Virus record (IMG/VR): IMGVR_UViG_3300010396_000011
Span: 3,818-67,817 of that record
Reading direction: 5' to 3' (one strand)
Origin: a virus
Length of the DNA: 64,000 nucleotides
The translations under genes and the position numbers were made by a program. The notes under the pieces are model-generated. The model made no database searches and had not been told where the DNA came from. It saw only the letters and a list, made by a program, of their open reading frames with translations. Shown here in pieces: positions 20,190 to 30,766 of this stretch (its first letter is position 1; each line of letters opens with the position of its first letter).

Positions 20190-21395
20190 ATGAAGAAACT
20201 CATCTCTTTCGTTCTTCTGTCAATGACGTTGCTCGCCATCGACGTGAACCGTATCCGGTTTGGCTCTCCAGTCGAAGTCGGGACCGACAACTCTACGCCG
20301 ACGTTCACGGCGGTATCTCTGAATAGCACGAGCAATTTTCTGGCGTGGATCTTTCCCGCGCCAAAGAGTGAAACGGCTACTTCGTTTTTAATCCGGCAAT
20401 CGAGCGTGACCGGGACGCAGCCGCAGTACCGTGTGTCTCTGCAAACCGTTGACGGAAACGGCAACGCGAGCGGCACCATCCTAGCGGCTGGCGCTTACAC
20501 CTCCGCGGGTAGCGGCGCGAATAACACTTTCGTTTCCATCGGGACACTTTTCGACGCCTCTGGCACATCCCTGCCAAGCGGAATCGCCGTCACGCGCGGC
20601 ACATACTACGCGCTCGTCATTGACCCGTGCCCGAACTCGACCGCTCCATGCTCCGGCGCGGCGACTCCAGATGCAAGCGACTTCACCGCGTTCAGCTCGG
20701 TGGTTACGGGTATCAATTCCGGGGCGACAGTCGGTCAGTCCCCGTATTCCGAAACATGGAACGGGACGACATGGACGAAGAACACCAGCCAGCCCGTCTA
20801 TGGCTACCGCACGAGCACCAGCACGACGCGCGGATTCCCGATTCAGTCGATTCAGTCAACCACCATAAACCAGGGAGCCGAAACCGGCATCCTGCTCAAT
20901 TTGCCAACTGGCTTCTGCTCTACCTTCCAGGTGGCGGGTATCCACTTTTGGGGAACGGCGGCGATTGCGGCCAAGACAATGGACCTCACCGTGTACAACG
21001 GGACAACCGTAGTCGGGGCCACTACGGCTATCGACTCCGATTACGTGCGCACCCCAGGATCGTTCGCGGCAGAGATTTGGTATTTTACTGACGCCACTCT
21101 ACCAACCCTGAACTGCGGCACGTCTTACCGCATCGGCCTTGCGCCGGCCGGAGGAGGCAGCGAAGCATTCTTCGTCCGTGCGCTCAACTTCCCCACGGCG
21201 CAAGACCGGCTGGCCTTCCCCGGTGGAGACTGGTTTGCCTACACGAGCCGGACGGGATGCACGGGAGCGTGTCCCGGAAATACCACGGCGTGGACCGACG
21301 ACACCACCACGCGGCCAGTGCTCAATCTGATATTCGCCGATATCACCCCGCCTGCCGGATCTGGAGGACAGCGCTCTTATGCCACGATTCGCTAG
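20190..21395 (+). CDS. Secreted beta-rich hypothetical protein
   Basis: ATG 20190 after AGGAG; signal MKKLISFVLLSMTLLA. Confidence 0.75.
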   Translation: MKKLISFVLLSMTLLAIDVNRIRFGSPVEVGTDNSTPTFTAVSLNSTSNFLAWIFPAPKSETATSFLIRQSSVTGTQPQYRVSLQTVDGNGNASGTILAAGAYTSAGSGANNTFVSIGTLFDASGTSLPSGIAVTRGTYYALVIDPCPNSTAPCSGAATPDASDFTAFSSVVTGINSGATVGQSPYSETWNGTTWTKNTSQPVYGYRTSTSTTRGFPIQSIQSTTINQGAETGILLNLPTGFCSTFQVAGIHFWGTAAIAAKTMDLTVYNGTTVVGATTAIDSDYVRTPGSFAAEIWYFTDATLPTLNCGTSYRIGLAPAGGGSEAFFVRALNFPTAQDRLAFPGGDWFAYTSRTGCTGACPGNTTAWTDDTTTRPVLNLIFADITPPAGSGGQRSYATIR

Positions 21396-22413
21396 GCTAG
21401 CGCTGCTCGCGTCTCTATCCGTCGCGCTGTTCGCTCAACCTCCAGCGACCTTCACCGTTGTCGTGTGGAATGACATCCACACCGATTCAGCGGGCAATAC
21501 AGTAGCGGGCGGGCACATCCGCGATTGGATCGTCGCCAACAAGACAGCACGAAACATTACGGGATTCCTGTCGGCGGGCGATGAAATCGCGGACCCCTTG
21601 AGCGCGACGGGCCATTGGACAGATGTCGTCGGGCTCCTGACGGACATCCACAATGCCGGAATTCCAGTGGTCACCGCGCTAGGCAACCACGACGTGGCAT
21701 TCTTTTCGGCCCCAGACTCCTCGCAGTGGAATTTCTATATCGCACCCCTGAATGCCGCGTGGGCATCGCACGTTTCCAGTTCGCATTTCACGGGCGGTCT
21801 CGCTTCGGCGAACGAGCAGAATGTGAACGTCTACTTCCCGTGGGACGTTGTGACCGCCTCGGGAACTATCCATCTTGCAGGGGTCGCGGTGAACATGAAC
21901 GCCGCGCATGGAGATATTTCCGACGTGCGCGCATTGATGGATGCGGACACAACCCGCCAGTACATTCTGACGACGCATATGTTCGTGTCAACGCGGGACG
22001 CCTCAAATAATCCAGTGGCGGCGCATACCTGCCTGTACGGCGAGGAATTCTGCGTTGCGACCAACGCTGTCGGAGCGCAAGATGCCGTGGATATGTGGGC
22101 CGACTTCTCGGCCAATCCTCGGATTCTCGCAATGATGTCGGGCCACGAGCACTTGCAGGGCTTCTACACCATGGCTGGCTCTGGCCCGAATCCCGTGATC
22201 GCGATGGAGAACTTCAATGCAGCACTCAACGGCGGAACGTTCACCATCCTGAATTTTCGTCCGGCTGACCGCAAGATCGATCTCATCAGTTCGCAGTGGA
22301 ACTCCGGCACGAGCAGCTTTAACGAGACCACGCTCGGCACCTATGACTGGACGCCGATTCTATCGTCCGCATCTTCCTCCGCGCTGTACGGCGGGGGCCT
22401 GACTGTGCACTAA
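21379..22413 (+). CDS. Secreted calcineurin-like metallophosphoesterase
   Basis: Signal peptide plus DIH, GD, GNHD, THM and GHEH motifs. Confidence 0.85.
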   Translation: MPRFARLALLASLSVALFAQPPATFTVVVWNDIHTDSAGNTVAGGHIRDWIVANKTARNITGFLSAGDEIADPLSATGHWTDVVGLLTDIHNAGIPVVTALGNHDVAFFSAPDSSQWNFYIAPLNAAWASHVSSSHFTGGLASANEQNVNVYFPWDVVTASGTIHLAGVAVNMNAAHGDISDVRALMDADTTRQYILTTHMFVSTRDASNNPVAAHTCLYGEEFCVATNAVGAQDAVDMWADFSANPRILAMMSGHEHLQGFYTMAGSGPNPVIAMENFNAALNGGTFTILNFRPADRKIDLISSQWNSGTSSFNETTLGTYDWTPILSSASSSALYGGGLTVH

Positions 22414-25340
22414 TGAGACTGCTTTACCTGTTGCTGCTATCTCCCGGCATGCTTTTCGCGCAGTTCGCGCAGGGCTGGACGCAGATATCAGGGACGACCA
22501 TTTCTAGTGCTGTTGCGCCAACAGGATACCTCGGCTCGGTATGCCCCTCGCCGAGTACGAGCCTCTGTCCGGCCGGATCTCCCATCCCGTTCTCCGATCC
22601 GATCCGCATCAACGCGCTGATATTGGCGTGGAATGGCGCCGTGTGGGATTCACTGCACAAGCAGATGATACTGCCGGCGGGTGGCGGTCACGATGACGGG
22701 TTCGATAATTCAGCCTTCGGTGTGAAAACCAGCGGTTCTGTGTCGAGGCTGGTCGGCCCATCAACCAACATCGTCGGAGGGATCTTTCCCGACGTAGACG
22801 CCAATCCAGACGGTACTCCTGTTTCGCGGCACACCTATGACGGGATTGCGGAGATGGGCTATCGCTCTGGCTACTTCGTAATTGCGGAAGGCTCGACTTA
22901 CCCCAACGGGCAAAATCCCGGTGGTCTTTGGCTGTTGGATACGAATCAATCGCCAGCCGCCTGGACGTCGCTAAGTAAAACTGGGACGCCGCCTGGAATT
23001 GCAACCGACACTCCGTATTCCTCGCTCGTGTGGGACTCCGTAGCCAATCGCCTTCTGCTCTTATATAACGGGGCTCTGTATGCCGTGACAGTGAACGTCT
23101 CTACGGCAACCGCAACCTTCACGCGACTCTCCAGCGGATCGATGAACGGCTACCAGCCGACATGCGAGATTGACCCGGTGATGCGCACTCCGATCGGCAC
23201 AGCGAGCGCGGGACGGTGGATGGTTTGCATCGGGGACGGATACTCGGATACCCCGCCTGGGACCTTCTACATTCAAGCTACCGACATTTCGGGCAACGAT
23301 CCCACCTACACTCCACTGACATGGACAAGCAACGCCAACGGGACGTGCGACGGGCTGCATAACCTTTCCGGCTCGCAAGGTGGACCAGGCTTTTCCTACG
23401 ATGATGCACTCGGGATGATCGTCGGATACCCAAACGCCGGAGGCAATACGGTCTATGCATACTCCACGGTGACACAGCAATGCACCGCTATAGCCTTCCC
23501 CGGTGGACCGGCAGCACAACAGAATCTGGATGGTAATTATCACGGAACGTTCGGGCGGTTCCGGTACGTGCGCGAAGGGAACTACTTTGCGACGGTCCTG
23601 AGCGCTGTCGGGAATGCCTACGTGCTCAACCTCGACTCTCCCATTCCCGGCCTCGGATCCTCAACATCTACGTGCATAGATGCAGACGGTGACGGGTACG
23701 GAACCGGCTCGGGGTGCCTGGGGCCGGATGCCAACGACCAGGACGCCACGATTCACACTGCCGCACAGGCCATCGGGAAGTACGGCAGCATCGACGCGAC
23801 TTTCCAGTTACGGAATTACCATCCAACCCGCTACTGGACAGTCGATCCCGCATCCGGCAACGACGGAACGGGTGCGTCTTGCACGCCCGCGAATTTGGGC
23901 ACGGGCGGTGGATCGGACTGCAAGCCGTACCAGCATTGGTCCGCGCTCTCGGGCTCGGTTGCGGCGGGCGATGCTGTGGTGTTTCGCGCGGGCACGTACT
24001 CGTATCCTGTCACCATTGTGCAGGGCACCTCCTCTGCCTCCGTCTACTATCTGACTTACCCCGGAGAGTCGGCGACGTTCGCTGCTTACCCGAATTACTG
24101 GACCGTCATCGACAAGGCGTATTGGGTAATCGACGGACTCAGATTTGACGGCCAAGGCGACAGCACAAGCGGCACTGGCTGTATTGTCGGCGGCACTGGA
24201 GATCTGCAATCGGGTTCGACGCAGCATGATTTCATCGTCCGTAATGTGGAGTGCAAAAACTGGCTGAACGGCCCGTATATGTTCAACGGTCTCCAGAACG
24301 GGCTAATCGAATCCAGTTCATTCCACGACATGACCGGAAGCCACGGTATCTATCTCGGATCGCGTGCCATGGTCAGCAATAACATCACGATTCGGCGCAA
24401 CCTGCTGTATCGGAATTCCCGTTGCGGTGTGCAGTTCAACGGCCGCGTTTCGGACCTGCACATTGAGCAGAACTACGCATATCAAAACGGCATCGTGGAT
24501 GGTGGGGACGACATTTGCTTAGAGAACGGCGTGCACGATTCCTTCATCCGCGGGAATGTGTCTCTCGGATCGGCATTCGGCATCACGATGAACACGTACG
24601 ACGGGAGCGAGTTCGGCGGCGTGGGCTCATCCAGTAATTGCGGAGCGGCGCAGAATCAGAACTGCACATGCGGGGCGAGCCCCAATCTGTTTGCGATTTG
24701 CGCCTTCAGCGAATTCAATAACCTGTTCTCGAACAACACGGCGGTCAACACCGGCCAGGACGTGAACGGAGCGGATATTTCCGGCAACCCGCTCTATCAG
24801 ATCGGGAGACAGCCGACCGATTGCACAACCGCGACATGCCTCGCTACTTCGTTCCCGAACAATACGTGGCAGAACATGGTGATTCTGTCGAAGGGGCTGG
24901 CGAGCTTTGCGCCTCCATGGACCTTCACAGGAGGAACCACCGCCCCTGAGTCCGGCCCTACAAACACGCTGAATCAGGTGGTTTACTTCCAGACTGCGGG
25001 GACGGCGGAGGTGGTTGGCTACGGACTACAGGTCGGCTGCTGCGGATACCAGTCCTATTCGTGCGCGGCGGCGGTAAGCGGAGGGCACATCGGATCGGCC
25101 ACTAACTGCACGAAGTCCGACCCGAAATTCACCGCGCTCGGAGCGTACAACAACATCGCCGGATACAACCTGCGGTTGCAGCCGTCCTCCCCGGCGCTAA
25201 CAGGAGCGATCATCCCCGGATCGCTTCCCATGGACATACTCGGCGCCCCAATAGTTTCTGGATCGCTAGGGGCCTACGAAGGAACTGTCGTTGCCATCCC
25301 GTCCATCACCTTTGGCGGGAGGGTAGTAATTCATCCCTGA
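22413..25340 (+). CDS. Secreted protein: beta-propeller-like N-half plus right-handed beta-helix (pectin-lyase-like)
   Basis: Signal MRLLYLLLLSPGMLFA-Q; GGGHDD/SRHTYDG; AGDAVVFRAGTY; HGIYLG...NITIRRN beta-helix repeats. Confidence 0.75.
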   Translation: MRLLYLLLLSPGMLFAQFAQGWTQISGTTISSAVAPTGYLGSVCPSPSTSLCPAGSPIPFSDPIRINALILAWNGAVWDSLHKQMILPAGGGHDDGFDNSAFGVKTSGSVSRLVGPSTNIVGGIFPDVDANPDGTPVSRHTYDGIAEMGYRSGYFVIAEGSTYPNGQNPGGLWLLDTNQSPAAWTSLSKTGTPPGIATDTPYSSLVWDSVANRLLLLYNGALYAVTVNVSTATATFTRLSSGSMNGYQPTCEIDPVMRTPIGTASAGRWMVCIGDGYSDTPPGTFYIQATDISGNDPTYTPLTWTSNANGTCDGLHNLSGSQGGPGFSYDDALGMIVGYPNAGGNTVYAYSTVTQQCTAIAFPGGPAAQQNLDGNYHGTFGRFRYVREGNYFATVLSAVGNAYVLNLDSPIPGLGSSTSTCIDADGDGYGTGSGCLGPDANDQDATIHTAAQAIGKYGSIDATFQLRNYHPTRYWTVDPASGNDGTGASCTPANLGTGGGSDCKPYQHWSALSGSVAAGDAVVFRAGTYSYPVTIVQGTSSASVYYLTYPGESATFAAYPNYWTVIDKAYWVIDGLRFDGQGDSTSGTGCIVGGTGDLQSGSTQHDFIVRNVECKNWLNGPYMFNGLQNGLIESSSFHDMTGSHGIYLGSRAMVSNNITIRRNLLYRNSRCGVQFNGRVSDLHIEQNYAYQNGIVDGGDDICLENGVHDSFIRGNVSLGSAFGITMNTYDGSEFGGVGSSSNCGAAQNQNCTCGASPNLFAICAFSEFNNLFSNNTAVNTGQDVNGADISGNPLYQIGRQPTDCTTATCLATSFPNNTWQNMVILSKGLASFAPPWTFTGGTTAPESGPTNTLNQVVYFQTAGTAEVVGYGLQVGCCGYQSYSCAAAVSGGHIGSATNCTKSDPKFTALGAYNNIAGYNLRLQPSSPALTGAIIPGSLPMDILGAPIVSGSLGAYEGTVVAIPSITFGGRVVIHP

Positions 25341-25348
25341 GGAGACTT

Positions 25349-26935
25349 ATGAAAGCAGTAATTCTGATTCTGATTGCAACGGCGGCTTTCGCCCAGACCA
25401 CGACCAACGGAAGCACAACGGTAATCGGCGGCCGGGTGAACAACTCTGGCGCTGCGGCGACCCAACCACACCGGACGGGCACGGGCTCGCCAGTCGGTAG
25501 AGACGCCTGTTCGTTCGTTGGAGAAACCTATTTTCAGTCCGACGCGACGGCCGGATCGAACGTCTGGGCCAGCACCGCCACGGGGACTCCGTGCACATGG
25601 AGTTTGCAGGGCGGCGGGGCTGTTGCCGCCTCACAGTTGAACACGCTACAGGTGACGCGCACAAGCCCCACGGTCCTCACCATCGGCGCGAACTGCTCCA
25701 CCTCCACGCCCTGTAATGTTCAGGCGGGGACGAGCGTATTATCGATCGTCACGAGCGCGACGGCAACCATCTCAAGCGGAAACCCCACGGCCCGCATCTG
25801 GGTCGATAACACCGGAGCGGTAAATGTAGGCTACTCCACTTCCTCGGGCGTGGCATGCGTCAACGCGACCTGCGCGCCGAGTATATCCAGCTTCTCGAAT
25901 TCCGGTATTGCTCCGACGTGGCAGTGGGTATCCAGCACCACGGCAGGCCAGTGGGACGCTGCTGGTGGAACAGACCTGCGCTCGGTGTACCACATTAGCA
26001 AGGTAGTCTCGGCGACCGGACCGGCCATGAGCGCCTCTCAAACTCCGACAGGAACGACCGTCACTTACTCTCCCACCAGCAACACGAACTCGGCGCTTGA
26101 AACGTGCGCGCCTGCATCCGCGAGCGGTACGGCGTACGTGTGTTCAACTTCTCCTACCTTTACGCCGGTAAAGGGGAGTCGCATTATCTTCCAGCCAGAC
26201 GTGGCCAACACCGGAGCGGCAACACTCGCTGTCAATGGCGCATCTGCCGCATCGATCACCAAACAGGCTGGAGCGGCGGCACTCGTCGCTAACGATATCC
26301 TGGCCTCTCCCGCAGAGTACACCTTGGTTTACGACGGCTCAACTTGGGAAATGCAAAGTCAATCCGGCAATGCTTCTGGAGGCACAGTCACCGGCCCGGT
26401 GTCTTCGACTACCGGCAACGTGCCGCAGTTCGCTGACACTTCTGGTAAGGTCCTTAACGGCGGTTTGCCCGTCACTCAGATAGGCGCTAACTCATCGCTG
26501 GTTGAGACGGACTCCTCTGGTGATATCGTCACCGGGGCGGGCGGCGCAATCAAGGTAGGTGGCGTTTCGGGCGTCGCCGTTATCGCGGCAAGCGGGAATA
26601 TGATCCCGTATTTCCGCATCGCCTTCGGCAACCTGGACACTGTTACTTGCACTGCTGGCGCCGCATCGCTATCCACGAATTACACGATCCACCGCGTAGA
26701 CCTGAATAACCAGACATCGTGCGCGATCACTTTCACGGCAGCCTCGCAGGCGCAGCAGATAGCCACAGTATTGCTGTGCAACGGTGGTACGACCGCAACA
26801 ACAAGCATCACCTGGACGGGAGTTAAAGGCGCGACGGCGGCTGGTGGAACAACGGGACAATGCGCCCTCCAATCGTTCTATTACGACGCAACTAATTCTG
26901 TATGGTATGGAGCGGGAGCCGGTACATGGAACTAA
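25349..26935 (+). CDS. Secreted fibre-like protein
   Basis: Signal MKAVILILIATAAFA-Q; ANTGAATLAVNG...LVANDI...LVYDG tail-fibre-like motif. Confidence 0.75.
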   Translation: MKAVILILIATAAFAQTTTNGSTTVIGGRVNNSGAAATQPHRTGTGSPVGRDACSFVGETYFQSDATAGSNVWASTATGTPCTWSLQGGGAVAASQLNTLQVTRTSPTVLTIGANCSTSTPCNVQAGTSVLSIVTSATATISSGNPTARIWVDNTGAVNVGYSTSSGVACVNATCAPSISSFSNSGIAPTWQWVSSTTAGQWDAAGGTDLRSVYHISKVVSATGPAMSASQTPTGTTVTYSPTSNTNSALETCAPASASGTAYVCSTSPTFTPVKGSRIIFQPDVANTGAATLAVNGASAASITKQAGAAALVANDILASPAEYTLVYDGSTWEMQSQSGNASGGTVTGPVSSTTGNVPQFADTSGKVLNGGLPVTQIGANSSLVETDSSGDIVTGAGGAIKVGGVSGVAVIAASGNMIPYFRIAFGNLDTVTCTAGAASLSTNYTIHRVDLNNQTSCAITFTAASQAQQIATVLLCNGGTTATTSITWTGVKGATAAGGTTGQCALQSFYYDATNSVWYGAGAGTWN

Positions 26936-29900
26936 CCAAGCGGCTGGTTCTCATTCTGTTCTGCGCGTTCGCGGCGCGTGCGGCGAGTGTCGCGAATCTT
27001 GCCGTGCAGATTTCCAACACTCAGGCGATTCTGTCCTGGGACGCCGTAGATTACATCGGCTCCTGCGCGGTGACCGTGAGCGAGTCAGCCTCGATGACGC
27101 CGGTGGTGCATGACGTAGACGAAACGTTGTTCACCGCATCGAGTTCCGATGCTCGGTTTCCGCGGCTACGGGCTGGACAGCATCGCACCTTCGTGGTGGG
27201 TACGCGGACAGTGCAAGTGGGAAACGACGGGCACAACTACAGCCGTGCCCTTCAGGCCGATACGATCCACTATGTTACCGTGACGTGCGGAACGGCCACC
27301 GCCACAATTTCATTCCGTACGGCCACGATCCCGTACGGCGCATCGTTCGGCGAGCAGCCCGTGGTGAATCCGGCGCACGATGGGACGTATCTGTACCCGA
27401 CGTGGCTTATTGACACTGGCGGATTAACAGCCCGCACCAGCGCGCTGAATCGGGTCATCGAGCCGCACACTGGTTTACTGACCAAACCGTTCACGCTCTC
27501 CACCGATCCGAACGCCGCAGGAACCGTCAATATGGGGTCCTCGGGCTGGCCGGATATGTGCTATCCGCAGACGGTTTCGCTCAACGACGGAACGCCGGGG
27601 TACCAGTGCGTTCACCAATTCCTGACGGGCACGAGTTCATCGGGGCTCTATTGGGTCAACCCTGCGACTGGCGATTCGCGCTTTCTTACCTACCTCACGG
27701 CGCAGTACGGGCCGCCGGATATCGGATATGCAGGGCACTACTTTGGAGCGCTCGCGCCGCCTATGGACTTCACCGCTGGCGGGAATACCTTCTACACGCA
27801 GCTATCCTCTAGCGTGGACACCACGGGTTTAACGTGGGTATTTTTCAAGGGCACGTACACCGGACATTCGGTCGCCGGACAGGACTCTGACCACACGGGG
27901 CTCAACTGGTCCACCACCACTCCGGCGACCACTCTGCATTTCGCGTCAAGCCCGACCAACCCGAACTCCTGCGGGGCTGATCCGAATGATTTGTCGGTGT
28001 GCATGCTCGAACCATGGACACGCGACATCAAAACTTTGATCGCAGAATTGAATCCGGCAATGGCAAATATTTGCCAGCTAACGGGCGACAATCACGGCGG
28101 CGCGATCGAGACTCCGGGCAACGGCATTATTGTGCTGCGCTGTTTCACTTCTCAGGACGACCCCGGTTGGATTGCGGTGTTCGATGTGAACCGGACGGCT
28201 GCACAGCAGACTACCAAACTCGGTAGCGCGGCGGGGTGCATCGACAATCCCGCCGTTGCGAGCGGAACGAACATCGCCGGGAAGACCGGCTGTTTCATCG
28301 CGGTCACGGGAACTCTGCAAAGTGGCGCGGAATCGCCGCTCCGGTTTGCTACGCTGCATCAACTGGCCGTCCTTCGCGCGACTGCAAATTTCGGATCGAT
28401 ATACATTTCGACGAACACGCTCCGCAATAAGCTGGGCAACGCCTATCAGGTCACGCTTAGCTCAGCGATCCACAGCGCCTCTGGTGACCCCACGACCGGC
28501 GATTGGGGGCCATGCACGATGACGCAGCCCGTGGGAAACAATCTGCGGAACTGGCCTACTTCATCGTCTTGGGCGGATGGGTGCACGTACGCTACCGTGA
28601 CCGGACTCAGTTCGACTTGGAGCGGCACATCATCGGCCTTGTTCCCAGCCAACATCACAATACACGAAGGGGACGTGATTATCACTAACTCCTCAATGGC
28701 CTCCCCGCAAAAAGAACCGATGCGTATTTTGAATATAGACCCGGATGGGCACACTCTGTACTTGCAGCGGAGTTACGGTTACGGCAGTTCGCAACTCGGG
28801 GCCAACGGGCATATGGAAATCGCCAGCGGCACTGCGATGGACATGATGCCAGATGCTATTTATCCGGACACAAATAACACCGGACTGGCCGCTATGTGGT
28901 GGGACTTCAATAACGGGCCGCTGGTCACCAACCAGCAGACCGTTTACATCGATCCCGAGCCGGTAGTTCACAACACCGCACAGAACGCCATCTCATGCAC
29001 CGGATCAGACTGCCCCAAAGACAACCGTTGGACCTGGGCGGATTACGCGCAGGGCGGTGGGGAATTCGCGCGACTGACGAACGTGCCGTTTGCCAACAGT
29101 GTCCCGACGCCATCGATCTTCTTTCAGTCCGGCCTGGCCGCGCCCTACAAGTTTGCAAATACAGCCAACCAACTGGAAAGCCATCCGAACCTCAGCGTTA
29201 CGACGGGTACGGCTTTCGCGTTCAACCAACTCATCGACGTGCATCCGTTTTTCGGCAACCCGCCCACTCCGCTGCTTGCGGCGACATTGGCGAGCGGCGC
29301 CACGCAGGTCTACAAGATCCCGGCTACCGGCTCTGTCGTCGCTACGGATTATAAATGGATGACCTGGATCGGCACGAGCGGCTGGCACGCCATGAGTGAG
29401 CTTTCCGGCCCATCGGTGATTCTCACGGATGCGAACGCCTATCAGTGGTGTGTGGTTCTGTTTGCCGGTGAGTGTTACACGGGATCGGCAGTCGGAGAAA
29501 TCTACTTCAATGCTCCTAGCGTCGCCTTATTAACCTGCGATAAAAGTTGGAGCCAGAACATTGGTGACGGCGGCGGTATAAATGCCATTAGGGATATTTG
29601 CATATCGCCACTGACGGCCGATTTCCAGGCAATCAAGACGCAGGACATGGTTGCAGACCCCCTCGGCAGCCGGTCGCGAGTTCTATCCAATGCGTTCCTC
29701 TGGCCAAAACTCGACTCAATTTTCCACAACGCCAGAATGTTGCCGGATGGCTCCTGGGGCTTCACGATGTTTGAGGATTCCCAACTCCACCTATTCAAAA
29801 TCCCTGTGCGGCACATCGACAGCATCAACCGCGCGGCCTATGTCCCCGTAGACGTGACGGTCCAAGCTGGCGTGGCGTCAAACGCAGTGGTGGAATTTGG

Positions 29901-30156
29901 CTACGCCGAGAACGGGACACCCGCGAGCGGGCAATTGTATTGCACGGCGAGGCAGGAAAACTGCGTAGCTCAATCAGCAACCGTGACGCAAGCGTCTCCA
30001 TTCCTGTGGGCTACTACCGAGACGCACACCGGCATGTCCTGCTCCAGCGGCTGCACGATTAAAGTTCCCGGCATTAGCGGGCGGGTGCTCTGGTATCGGA
30101 CGAACAACGCCGCATTGACGGCACCCGGACCGCTGCAAACAACAGTAGTGCCGTAA
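26926..30156 (+). CDS. Large secreted Cys-rich hypothetical protein
   Basis: Signal MELTKRLVLILFCAFAARA; HDVD..LF and SRALQADT.HY motifs; many Cys pairs. Confidence 0.75.
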   Translation: MELTKRLVLILFCAFAARAASVANLAVQISNTQAILSWDAVDYIGSCAVTVSESASMTPVVHDVDETLFTASSSDARFPRLRAGQHRTFVVGTRTVQVGNDGHNYSRALQADTIHYVTVTCGTATATISFRTATIPYGASFGEQPVVNPAHDGTYLYPTWLIDTGGLTARTSALNRVIEPHTGLLTKPFTLSTDPNAAGTVNMGSSGWPDMCYPQTVSLNDGTPGYQCVHQFLTGTSSSGLYWVNPATGDSRFLTYLTAQYGPPDIGYAGHYFGALAPPMDFTAGGNTFYTQLSSSVDTTGLTWVFFKGTYTGHSVAGQDSDHTGLNWSTTTPATTLHFASSPTNPNSCGADPNDLSVCMLEPWTRDIKTLIAELNPAMANICQLTGDNHGGAIETPGNGIIVLRCFTSQDDPGWIAVFDVNRTAAQQTTKLGSAAGCIDNPAVASGTNIAGKTGCFIAVTGTLQSGAESPLRFATLHQLAVLRATANFGSIYISTNTLRNKLGNAYQVTLSSAIHSASGDPTTGDWGPCTMTQPVGNNLRNWPTSSSWADGCTYATVTGLSSTWSGTSSALFPANITIHEGDVIITNSSMASPQKEPMRILNIDPDGHTLYLQRSYGYGSSQLGANGHMEIASGTAMDMMPDAIYPDTNNTGLAAMWWDFNNGPLVTNQQTVYIDPEPVVHNTAQNAISCTGSDCPKDNRWTWADYAQGGGEFARLTNVPFANSVPTPSIFFQSGLAAPYKFANTANQLESHPNLSVTTGTAFAFNQLIDVHPFFGNPPTPLLAATLASGATQVYKIPATGSVVATDYKWMTWIGTSGWHAMSELSGPSVILTDANAYQWCVVLFAGECYTGSAVGEIYFNAPSVALLTCDKSWSQNIGDGGGINAIRDICISPLTADFQAIKTQDMVADPLGSRSRVLSNAFLWPKLDSIFHNARMLPDGSWGFTMFEDSQLHLFKIPVRHIDSINRAAYVPVDVTVQAGVASNAVVEFGYAENGTPASGQLYCTARQENCVAQSATVTQASPFLWATTETHTGMSCSSGCTIKVPGISGRVLWYRTNNAALTAPGPLQTTVVP

Positions 30157-30682
30157 GCAGCACAAAGGAGGACGGCTCTGGCGTAGGAACCTGCTCCCAT
30201 CCGATTGTTCCCCCGGTCTGCACGATGCTCCACGAGGCTAGCCCATCTCCGACTTCCCATCCTAGCGAGTCGTTCTCCAGCATCAGTTGCGGAGGGATGA
30301 ACATATCGACAACGTACGGGCGGTCAAGATCGGCAATGCCAACCTCAACTGCGGTTGCCCAAATGGACGCCGGCAGGGAACGTATCGGCGACTGCAAGAC
30401 GATGGCTGGCCCGTGGTACGCTTCGCCGTCAAACCAGGCGTTCACGGCCTCCCCTTGAACCGTTTCTGAAAACATGCCGCTCGTTAGAGTGAGCGAGAAA
30501 CGGTCTCCGATATTTGCGGAATCGCCAACGAGGTACGGAACCACCTCATCGGGATACGCAGGCCCCACGAGCCGCGTCCATGTGTCGCTCAGCGTTACGT
30601 GCATCACCAGGGTATCGCCGACGTTGAGCGTCGAGCCCATCGCCAGAACCGACGACAGAAGAATAGCAGCCGCAAGTCGCAT
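30074..30682 (-). CDS. PEP-CTERM sorting domain protein
   Basis: Signal peptide; C-terminal PTPEPSSFVLLTALLLFAAVR..RR. TAAACT lies 6 nt before the ATG. Confidence 0.75.
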   Translation of the reverse strand: MRLAAAILLSSVLAMGSTLNVGDTLVMHVTLSDTWTRLVGPAYPDEVVPYLVGDSANIGDRFSLTLTSGMFSETVQGEAVNAWFDGEAYHGPAIVLQSPIRSLPASIWATAVEVGIADLDRPYVVDMFIPPQLMLENDSLGWEVGDGLASWSIVQTGGTIGWEQVPTPEPSSFVLLTALLLFAAVRVPSMRRCSSDTRAPAR

Positions 30683-30766
30683 GGCTGAAGTTTAGAGCGA
30701 ATAGCCTTATCGTTCCGTGAAGCACCCACCATTCGGCCAACCCTGTACCTGAAAGAACAACGTTTT

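Noticed and set aside
14958-30156. Diversity-generating retroelement or invertible fibre cassette
   Set aside because: I noticed no reverse transcriptase, no TR/VR pair and no invertase.
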